34,934 nucleotides of DNA from an uncultured Papillibacter sp. (GTDB taxonomy: Bacteria > Bacillota > Clostridia > Oscillospirales > Oscillospiraceae): positions 1 to 34,934 of the forward strand of contig CAYMLM010000001.1 of NCBI GenBank assembly GCA_964391385.1. The letters run 5' to 3'. The notes beneath the pieces are model-generated. The model was not told where the DNA came from, ran no database searches, and saw nothing but the letters and a program-made list of their open reading frames with translations. The translations under genes and the position numbers were made by a program. This document shows positions 17,459-25,941 of the stretch, one piece after another (position 1 is the stretch's first letter; each line of letters begins with the position of its first letter).

Positions 17459-19810
17459 ATGATTGGAAATCAGCTCCGGCAGCGGCTGTCGGACATCAAA
17501 GCCGAGCTGCCCGGAAGGGAGCGTATCACCCTCAGGCCGGCGGACAAGACGCGTGTGGCCGAGTGGTCAATCCGGTTTGTTATTGCCTTTATCCTGTCCG
17601 GGGCGCAGATTTTCAACGGGATCTCGCCCTTTGCCGCCGGCTTTGTAGCCTCGGCCGGTTCGAGCTCCGCCTGCGTCGCGTCGCTCGCGGGCGCCGTTGT
17701 GGGCTACCTGCTGTCGGGCTCCTTCTTCTGGGCGCTCAAATACATATGCGTCGCCGTCATCATCACCGCCGCGACAATCGTTTTCCGGGACACCCATATT
17801 TACCGGACCGACTGGTTCATGCCGATTGCCGCCGCGTTTATAACGCTTTGCATCGGCATCGCCGTCACGGCGCGCGCGGGCTGGACGCTCCCCGCCGCCG
17901 TCCTGATGCTCACCGACACGGTTTTGGCCGGGGGCTGCGCCTACTTCTACAAATCGGCGCTGTCGCCCTGGTCGGGCCGCTTCAACCTGGAGCACAGCTC
18001 CGAGATCATCCATACGGTGAGCTTTCTGATCCTCGTATCGACGCTGCTCATGTCTCTGGCGCAGCTGAAGGTGTTCGGGATCATCTCGGTCGGCCGGGCG
18101 CTCGCCACGCTCGTCGTGTTTCTGGCCGCGTTCAAGGGCGGGGTCGGCATGGGGTGCGCCGCCGGGGTCTCGGTGGGACTGGCGATGGATTCGGCGTCGG
18201 GCGGCCCGCCGCTTTTCTGTACGGCGTACGGACTGGCCGGACTCATTTCGGGCGTCTTTTCCAAGCAGAGCCGGTTCGTTTTCGCAGTGTCCTACATACT
18301 CGTCGACGCCATCGTCGCGGCCGTGTCGATCGGGAACGCCGGCGTCCCGGCCATCTTATACGAAGTGTTTATCGCCTCCGTCATATTCATGGTCCTGCCG
18401 CCGTCGCTCATGGCGCGGCTGTCCGTTCTGCTGCCCGGCACGGGCTCGGGCTACGGCATCGTCCGGGCCCGGGAGTATACGAAGGACCGCGTCAAGCAGA
18501 CGGCCGCGGCCTTCCGCGACCTGTATGAGACCGTGAAATCGGTGACGGGGGCAGGCCAGAACGACGGCGACGTCGCCGCCGTTTTCGACAAGGCCGCGGA
18601 CGTCGTCTGCCTGGGCTGCTCAAAGCTCTCAAAATGCTGGCATCTTGACTATCAGTCCACGGTGGACGCGATGAACAACGCCACCGAGGCCATGCTCCGC
18701 CGAGGCCGGCTGGAGGAGGCCGACCTGCCGGACTACTTTACCGGCGCGTGTACGAAGCTGCCCGAGCTCATCTGCGCCGTCAACAGCGAGCTCAGGGCGC
18801 TTTTATACCGCCGCCAGTACAAAAAAAGGCTGAAGGAAAATCAGGCGGCCGCCTTCAACCAATACGCGGATATTTCAACCATCCTCACGGACATATCGGA
18901 GGAGCTCGGCAGCGGCATCCATTTCGAGCCCGAGCATGAGATCCGGCTCCGGAAATACCTGAGGAGCATCAACATCCAGGCTGAGACGGCCGTATTCCGC
19001 GACCGCAGCGGACGGCTGCACGCGGAGATCTTCGGCGCGAGCTTCACCGCGCTTAAAAGAGACCCGAGCTACCTTGAAAAGCTCTCGGCCGTCTTCAATG
19101 TCCGGCTTTGCGCGATCGACGACGTCTCCTCGCCGGACCGGATCGTGCTTCTGGAGGCCGAGCCGCTCGCGGCATCCGTCGGAACTGCCTGCAAGCGGCG
19201 CAACGAACGGGAAGCCAGCGGCGACCGGGGCGCGTATTTCAAGACGGACGAGGGGCTTTTATACGTTCTTTTGTCCGACGGCATGGGTTCGGGCGACAAC
19301 GCCGCGAAATACTCAAGCGACGCGGTGCGCATATTGGAGCGGTTTTTGCGCTCGGGCGTCCAGCCGGAGACGGCCGTGCGCATGCTCAACGACCTGATGC
19401 TCCTGAAAAATGAAGACGATACCGGCTGCGCCACCGTCGATCTCGTCTGCATCAACCTCTTCACGGGCTCCGCGCGCATGTTCAAATACGGCGCCGCGCC
19501 GTCGTATCTCCGCAGCGGGAAGGCGGTCCGGCGCATCAAGGGAAAAAGCATGGCGGCCGGCTTGGGCGTCCCCCCGCACGACGCGCCGGACCAGCTCAAA
19601 ATGGAGCTGAGGGCCGGCTCGCTGGCCGTCATTGTATCCGACGGCGTCACGGCGGGGCTGGACGACAAGTGGCTGTGCGACGCCATAGCCGAGTATGAGG
19701 GCGACAGCCCGAGGGCGCTGGCCGTTTCGGTCATCGACAAGGCGGCCGAGAAGTTCGGCGCCGAGGACGACATGACCGCCATCGCCATAGCCGTCACGGA
19801 ACGGGCCTGA
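17459..19810 (+). CDS. spoIIE: Stage II sporulation protein E (membrane-bound PP2C phosphatase)
   Basis: About 10 hydrophobic segments, a central region with CLGCSKLSKCW, and PP2C motifs SGD, LSDGMGSG, ATVDL, KYGAAPSY, VSDGV and DDMT. Start set at ATG 17459 behind GAAAGGA (783 aa). Confidence 0.9.
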   Translation: MIGNQLRQRLSDIKAELPGRERITLRPADKTRVAEWSIRFVIAFILSGAQIFNGISPFAAGFVASAGSSSACVASLAGAVVGYLLSGSFFWALKYICVAVIITAATIVFRDTHIYRTDWFMPIAAAFITLCIGIAVTARAGWTLPAAVLMLTDTVLAGGCAYFYKSALSPWSGRFNLEHSSEIIHTVSFLILVSTLLMSLAQLKVFGIISVGRALATLVVFLAAFKGGVGMGCAAGVSVGLAMDSASGGPPLFCTAYGLAGLISGVFSKQSRFVFAVSYILVDAIVAAVSIGNAGVPAILYEVFIASVIFMVLPPSLMARLSVLLPGTGSGYGIVRAREYTKDRVKQTAAAFRDLYETVKSVTGAGQNDGDVAAVFDKAADVVCLGCSKLSKCWHLDYQSTVDAMNNATEAMLRRGRLEEADLPDYFTGACTKLPELICAVNSELRALLYRRQYKKRLKENQAAAFNQYADISTILTDISEELGSGIHFEPEHEIRLRKYLRSINIQAETAVFRDRSGRLHAEIFGASFTALKRDPSYLEKLSAVFNVRLCAIDDVSSPDRIVLLEAEPLAASVGTACKRRNEREASGDRGAYFKTDEGLLYVLLSDGMGSGDNAAKYSSDAVRILERFLRSGVQPETAVRMLNDLMLLKNEDDTGCATVDLVCINLFTGSARMFKYGAAPSYLRSGKAVRRIKGKSMAAGLGVPPHDAPDQLKMELRAGSLAVIVSDGVTAGLDDKWLCDAIAEYEGDSPRALAVSVIDKAAEKFGAEDDMTAIAIAVTERA

Positions 19811-19839
19811 GTTTCCATATTTAAGGCGGCGGTTTTCCT

Positions 19840-19869
19840 GTATATTCCACTCTCCAAACGGGCAAACTC
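19840..19869 (+). promoter_or_regulatory. sigma-F-like forespore promoter
   Basis: GTATA (19840-19844), 15-nt spacer, GGGCAAACTC (19860-19869), compared with the B. subtilis sigma-F consensus GYATA-N15-GGnnAnAHTR. Only the last position mismatches. Confidence 0.6.
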
Positions 19870-19898
19870 ATAACAAATCGTTTGAGGGTGTGATTGCA

Positions 19899-20168
19899 GT
19901 GGTCAAAGGCGTATCCCGCCGAGTCATCGTCATTAAGTCTCCGAACCTCCATTTGTTTGACGAAGCGATTTTCATCGTGAAGGAGGACGCGCTGCGCGAA
20001 GGGGGCGTGACCGGCACCGAAATCATCAAGCAGGCTCAGGCCGTGGCCGATAACTATGTCCGGCAGCATCTCAACAAGCGCTGGCTGTCCAGGATACCGG
20101 CGCCTGCCTTTGCCGTTTTCGGCGCGGCGTTCACGGCTCTGGTCTGGCTTGTCACACAATTCATCTGA
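19899..20168 (+). CDS. Small hypothetical protein with a C-terminal membrane anchor
   Basis: MVKGVSRRVIVIKSPNLHLFDEAIFIVKED...AFAVFGAAFTALVWLVTQFI. GAGGGTG RBS 8 nt before GTG 19899 (the ORF track starts at 19890). Has its own terminator. Confidence 0.8.
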   Translation: MVKGVSRRVIVIKSPNLHLFDEAIFIVKEDALREGGVTGTEIIKQAQAVADNYVRQHLNKRWLSRIPAPAFAVFGAAFTALVWLVTQFI

Positions 20169-20197
20169 TAACGCTTCCTTGATATACGCCCTCTCAG

Positions 20198-20227
20198 GAC
20201 GCCGCCCGAAAGACGGCGTCTTTTTTT
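20198..20227 (+). terminator. Intrinsic terminator
   Basis: GACGCCG-cccgaaaga-CGGCGTC followed by TTTTTTT. Confidence 0.88.
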
Positions 20228-20330
20228 ATTCGATACAAAAAGCAGCCGGACATCCCGAAAGGGACCCGGCCTTTATCCTGCATTTGAGCCTGCTTGAACG
20301 GCCCGCCCGGGGCCGGGGCCGGGTTTATGG

Positions 20331-20359
20331 TTGTATTTGGGCGGCTTCAATGATATATT
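20331..20359 (+). promoter_or_regulatory. sigma-A-type promoter of mtaD-ahcY(-wecB)
   Basis: TTGTAT (20331-20336), 17-nt spacer, TATATT (20354-20359) with an extended -10 TG; GGGAGG RBS downstream. Confidence 0.65.
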
Positions 20360-20394
20360 AAGCATTATGAGGAAAACTTTTACGGGAGGCCGCC

Positions 20395-21668
20395 ATGAAA
20401 ATACTGATACGGGATATCTTAGCCATATTGCCCGACGGCGAAAAAGTCACATCTGTCCTGGTGGAGGACGGAACGATCGCGTCCGTCGGGGATACGCCGC
20501 CCGGCTTCAAGGCCGACAAAACGATTCCGGGCTCGGGTAAGCTTCTCATCCCGGGACTCATAAACGCGCACACCCATGTGTATATGACGATCTTCCGCAA
20601 CTGCGCGGACGACCTGAAGTTCAACGACTGGCTGTTCGGCCGGATCCTGCCTCTGGAGGACAAGCTGACCCCGGAGGACTGCTACTGGGGGACGCTCCTG
20701 GGCTTCATGGAGATGCTCTCGAGCGGCACGACCGCATTCAACGATATGTACATCTTTACCGATACCGCCGCCTGGGCGGCGGCCGAGACGGGTATGCGGG
20801 CCGTCCTGTCGCGCGGCCTGTCCGGCGGCGCCGACGACAGGGCCGGCGGCGAAAAGCGCATCCGGGACGCCGCCGCGGAAATCGAGAAGTGGAAGGGACA
20901 CGAAAACATCACCTTTATGCTCGCGCCGCACGCGCCGTACACCTGCGACGACGGGTATCAGCGGGAGGTCGCCGCGGAAGCGGACCGGCTCGGCGTGCCG
21001 ATCCACACGCATATCTCGGAAAGCCTGAGTGAAATGGAAACGATCCGGGAAAAATATGGCTGTACGCCGCCGGAGCTTTATGACAGGACGGGCCTTCTGA
21101 CCGACAAGACCGTCGCCGCGCACTGCGTGTACCTGACGGACAGCGACATCGAGCTGATGGCAAAGCGCGGCGCGTCCGTGGCGACAAATCCCGTCAGCAA
21201 CCTGAAGCTGGCAAACGGCGTGGCTCCGGTGCCGAAAATGCTGGAGGCCGGCGTCAACGTCAGCCTGGGCACGGACGGCGCGGCCAGCAACAACACGCTC
21301 AATATGGTCCGCGAGCTCGGCCTTCTGGCCATTTTACACAAGGGCGCGACGGGCGACCCCGAGGCCGTCGGCGCGCGCCGGGCCCTCGAGATCGCGACGA
21401 AAAACGGCGCGAAGGCGCTGGGGCTCGGCAGCGTCGGCGAGATAAAGCCCGGCATGAAGGCGGACCTTGCCATATTGGATCTGGACCGCACCAACCTCCA
21501 GCCGCTGAACAATCCCGTCGCGGCGCTGGCGTACTCGGCAAACGGCTCGGAGGTCGAGACCGTCATGGTCGGAGGAAAAATCCTGATGGAAAACAGGCAG
21601 TATACGACGATTGACCGGGACAAAGTCCTCTACGAGGTCAATCGGATTTGTGAAAGGATCGGAACGCG

Positions 21669-21672
<4 letters not shown>
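20395..21672 (+). CDS. mtaD: Amidohydrolase; 5'-methylthioadenosine/S-adenosylhomocysteine (5'-deoxyadenosine) deaminase
   Basis: PGLINAHTH, APHAPYTC, HTHISES, AAHCV, NPVSNLKLANG and GTDGAASNN. Translationally coupled to ahcY. Confidence 0.85.
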
Positions 21673-22913
<1,241 letters not shown>

Positions 22914-22957
22914 CGGCGCCGAGGCGCCGCTAAAAAGAAACAAATCGCGAGGTCCCT

Positions 22958-24055
22958 ATGAAAAAAGTCATGCTCGTTTTCGGCACGCGGCCGGAGGCTA
23001 TCAAAATGTGCCCGCTCGTGCTGGAGCTGAAGTCCAGGCCCGCATTCGAAACGGTCGTCTGCGTCACCGGCCAGCACCTGCAGATGCTCGATCAGGTGCT
23101 CGCGGCGTTCGGCGTCGCACCCGACTGCGACCTGTCCGTCATGAAGGAGCGGCAGACCCTTTTCGACATCACGGAAAAGGTCCTCGGCGGCATGCGGGAC
23201 ATACTCGAAAAGTCGCGTCCGGACATCGTCCTCGTCCACGGCGACACGACGACGACGCTCGCGGCGGCGCTGGCCAGCTTTTACCTGGGAATACCGGTCG
23301 GGCACGTTGAGGCCGGTTTGCGCACGTACAACATACGCTCTCCCTACCCCGAGGAATTCAACCGCCAGGCCGTCGACATCGTCTGCGAATTTCTGTTCGC
23401 GCCCACGGAGGTCTCCAGGGCCAACCTCCTGAGGGAGGGCAAAGCGCCCGAGGCTGTCTTCGTCACGGGAAACACAGCCATCGATGCGCTCAAAACGACG
23501 GTGCGCGCCGATTATTCGCATCCCGAGCTCGACTGGGCGGCCGGCAGCCGCCTCGTCACGCTGACGGCCCACCGCCGGGAAAACCTCGGCGCGCCGATGC
23601 GCCGCATCTTCGCGGCGATCCGCCGGATCGTGGAGGAATTTCCCGACATCAAGGTCGTTTACCCGGTCCATCTGAATCCCGCCGTGCGCGAGGCGGCGCG
23701 GGACGTGCTGGGCGGCTGCGGGCGCGTGCGCCTGATCGAGCCCCTGGACGTGCTCGATTTTCACAACTTTCTCGCGCGCTCGCATCTCATCCTGACGGAC
23801 AGCGGCGGCATTCAGGAGGAGGCCCCGTCCCTCGGCAAGCCGGTGTTGGTCCTGCGCGACACGACGGAGCGCCCCGAGGGCGTTGAAGCCGGGACGCTCA
23901 AGCTCACGGGCACCGACGAGGAGACGATCTACCGCGAGTTTAAGACGCTCCTGACGGACAAGCGCGCCTACGACGCGATGAGCCAGGCGTCAAACCCCTA
24001 CGGCGACGGCTTTGCCTCAAAACGGATCGCGGACATACTGGAAGAAAGACTGTAA
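22958..24055 (+). CDS. wecB: UDP-N-acetylglucosamine 2-epimerase (non-hydrolysing)
   Basis: VFGTRPEAIKM, HGDT, HVEAGLRT, SPYPEEFNR, TDSGGIQEEAP and NPYGDG. Confidence 0.95.
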   Translation: MKKVMLVFGTRPEAIKMCPLVLELKSRPAFETVVCVTGQHLQMLDQVLAAFGVAPDCDLSVMKERQTLFDITEKVLGGMRDILEKSRPDIVLVHGDTTTTLAAALASFYLGIPVGHVEAGLRTYNIRSPYPEEFNRQAVDIVCEFLFAPTEVSRANLLREGKAPEAVFVTGNTAIDALKTTVRADYSHPELDWAAGSRLVTLTAHRRENLGAPMRRIFAAIRRIVEEFPDIKVVYPVHLNPAVREAARDVLGGCGRVRLIEPLDVLDFHNFLARSHLILTDSGGIQEEAPSLGKPVLVLRDTTERPEGVEAGTLKLTGTDEETIYREFKTLLTDKRAYDAMSQASNPYGDGFASKRIADILEERL

Positions 24056-24056
24056 A

Positions 24057-24093
24057 ATATAAGCCTTTTCCCGGCAAAGGAAAAGGCTTATAT
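24057..24093. terminator. Hairpin 1 between convergent genes (probable terminator)
   Basis: Perfect 15-bp stem ATATAAGCCTTTTCC / GGAAAAGGCTTATAT directly after the wecB stop. Confidence 0.75.
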
Positions 24094-24103
24094 ATGGACA
24101 AAC

Positions 24104-24145
24104 CAAACAGCCGGCGGCTTTACACGAAAAGCCGCCGGCTGTTTG
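24104..24145. terminator. Hairpin 2 between convergent genes (probable bidirectional terminator)
   Basis: Perfect 18-bp stem CAAACAGCCGGCGGCTTT / AAAGCCGCCGGCTGTTTG, with T-rich 3' ends on both strands. Confidence 0.8.
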
Positions 24146-24154
24146 TATTATTCA

Positions 24155-25660
24155 TCAATACAGCTCTATCGGCTCTTCCTCCACTAAATCAAACGTCCCG
24201 ATATCGTCGAGGGACACCACCGTGCTGCCCGCCTCCGGCTCGCGCGCCGGCGTCTCGTCCGTTTCGGTAAATTCAAACGCCATGTCAAACGACAGCACCG
24301 TCGTCCCGTCCTCCGCGCTTGCTAGCGTCAGGGCGCTCCGGCCGTCGGAGTTAAAGCTGTAGGAGAGCTCCGTGCTGCTCGTATACTCGTAATCCTCCCA
24401 ATAGCTGTAAACGGTCGCGGTCGTGTAATCGACGTTTATGCCGGAAAATTCGTCCGCGTCAAACGCAAGCCTCAAATCCACCGTCAGCGTTTCCTCGTAG
24501 CCATAATCGTCCTGCGTGCTGTCCGTCAGCGTCACGACGTAGTCGTCGCCGTCGCGGGCCATGGCCTGATCGCTGAACAGGCTGTTGAGCTCCTCAAGCA
24601 TTAGCGCCGTTTCGTTGCCCGAGTCCTCCAGCAGCACGCTTTTGAGCGTTTGCTCGACATACTGCCGGAAACCTTCTCCCCCGGCGGACAGCTGACCTGC
24701 ATTCAGTATGGACAGTGCGGGAGTGTCCGACACGGTGTACAGGTCGGAAAGCGACAGCGCCTCGCCCGTTTCGACGGATAACCACGCGTCTTCGGAAATG
24801 TTCATCAGCGCCGACAGCAGCGGCGATTTGATATAGACGACGCCGTCCTCATGATTCGTTATGAGGCTGATATCGACCTCGTCGAGCTGCGCGAGAAACG
24901 CCTGGACTTCTTCGTCGGGCGCCTCGCCGAGCAGGGCCTCAAGACTGCTCAGGGCGTCGGAGAGATTTGTCTTCATATAAAGGCTCATATCCTCGCCGCC
25001 CGGGTCGACGAGGCCGGAGACCGTGCCGCTGACGGTCAGGGGGCCGATTGTATTGTCGCTGAATAAGCCCAGTATGTAATCCAGATTGATTTCGGCCTGG
25101 AAGCTTCCGTCGACGCGGTGGCACTTCTCGCCAAATTGGCTGATATACTCCAGATACCTGTCCATGACCGTATACGTCGCGCCCGACGCGTCGATCAGCG
25201 CGTCCACGCTCATGAGCTCAATGGACCTCGTTTCCTCGTCCCAGCCCGTGACATAGCCGAGCGCCTGCGCGGTATACCGCAGCGGCACGAAAACGGTGCC
25301 GCCGCTCGTATCGAGGATCGTCGGCGCCCCCGTATAGACCCACTGCGTCGTGTCGCCGGCCGTCACCTCTATGTAATAGTCGTCCGGCGCCAGGACGATC
25401 ACGGTATCCCCGCTCTCGGCCGTGACCGTGCCGGTTGCCTCGTCGTGGACGGCTGCCGCGCCGAGCGCCCCGAACAGCTTATCGTAGGGGACGTAGGTCC
25501 GCCCGTCCTGCAGCAGCACGGGCCCGACGTCAAGCTTCTGTCCGTCCATTGTGATGCTGACGGCGCGCCTGCCGGCGGCAAACGCCCCCGTGGACACGGA
25601 CAGTACGACCGCCGCGCAAAGCATTGCGGTAAAAACCGACTTTAAAACTTTTTTCAACAT
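24155..25660 (-). CDS. Secreted protein with a copper amine oxidase N-terminal (stalk) domain and an acidic C-terminal region
   Basis: Signal peptide MLKKVLK...TGAFA. VSITMDG...PVLLQDGRTYVP...ALGA and FVPLRYTAQALGYVTGWDEETRSI are typical of the domain. Start set at ATG 25660 behind GAGAGGG. Confidence 0.82.
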   Translation of the reverse strand: MLKKVLKSVFTAMLCAAVVLSVSTGAFAAGRRAVSITMDGQKLDVGPVLLQDGRTYVPYDKLFGALGAAAVHDEATGTVTAESGDTVIVLAPDDYYIEVTAGDTTQWVYTGAPTILDTSGGTVFVPLRYTAQALGYVTGWDEETRSIELMSVDALIDASGATYTVMDRYLEYISQFGEKCHRVDGSFQAEINLDYILGLFSDNTIGPLTVSGTVSGLVDPGGEDMSLYMKTNLSDALSSLEALLGEAPDEEVQAFLAQLDEVDISLITNHEDGVVYIKSPLLSALMNISEDAWLSVETGEALSLSDLYTVSDTPALSILNAGQLSAGGEGFRQYVEQTLKSVLLEDSGNETALMLEELNSLFSDQAMARDGDDYVVTLTDSTQDDYGYEETLTVDLRLAFDADEFSGINVDYTTATVYSYWEDYEYTSSTELSYSFNSDGRSALTLASAEDGTTVLSFDMAFEFTETDETPAREPEAGSTVVSLDDIGTFDLVEEEPIELY

Positions 25661-25787
25661 GTCATGCCCTCTCTTCATATGTCTTCGTAAAATAATATCG
25701 TATACTTCCGGCGGCAACCTGAATGTGAGTTTGGATTATTTTGTTAATATCCTTCATAAACTCTATAAAAGCGTCGGATCATAGGAC

Positions 25788-25817
25788 AAAAAAAGACGAG
25801 AGGGGGCTCCTCTCGCC
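25788..25817 (-). terminator. Intrinsic terminator downstream of polC
   Basis: The - strand reads GGCGAGAGG-AGCCC-CCTCTCGTC-TTTTTTT. Confidence 0.85.
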
Positions 25818-25842
25818 TCAGCGTGTCGAAAAAGTATAAATC

Positions 25843-25929
25843 TTCGTCTTTCGTCCTTTTGTTTATCTTTCGTCCAATCGCCGCGCGATCGAATTTTCCT
25901 GGCGATTGGACGTTTGGACGAGAGACGAA
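25843..25929. repeat. Nested inverted repeats in the polC 3' region
   Basis: Inner perfect 12-bp stem CGTCCAATCGCC (25871-25882) / GGCGATTGGACG (25901-25912). Outer 13/14-bp stem TTCGTCTTTCGTCC (25843-25856) / GGACGAGAGACGAA (25916-25929). Confidence 0.75.
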
Positions 25930-25941
25930 AACTTTTTCGGC

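Noticed and set aside
20245-20330. SAH/SAM riboswitch upstream of mtaD-ahcY (hairpin GCCGG..TCCC-GAAA-GGGA..CCGGC)
   Set aside because: The hairpin lies upstream of the predicted promoter, leaving only a ~30-nt leader, and I see no S-box or SAH-riboswitch core motifs.
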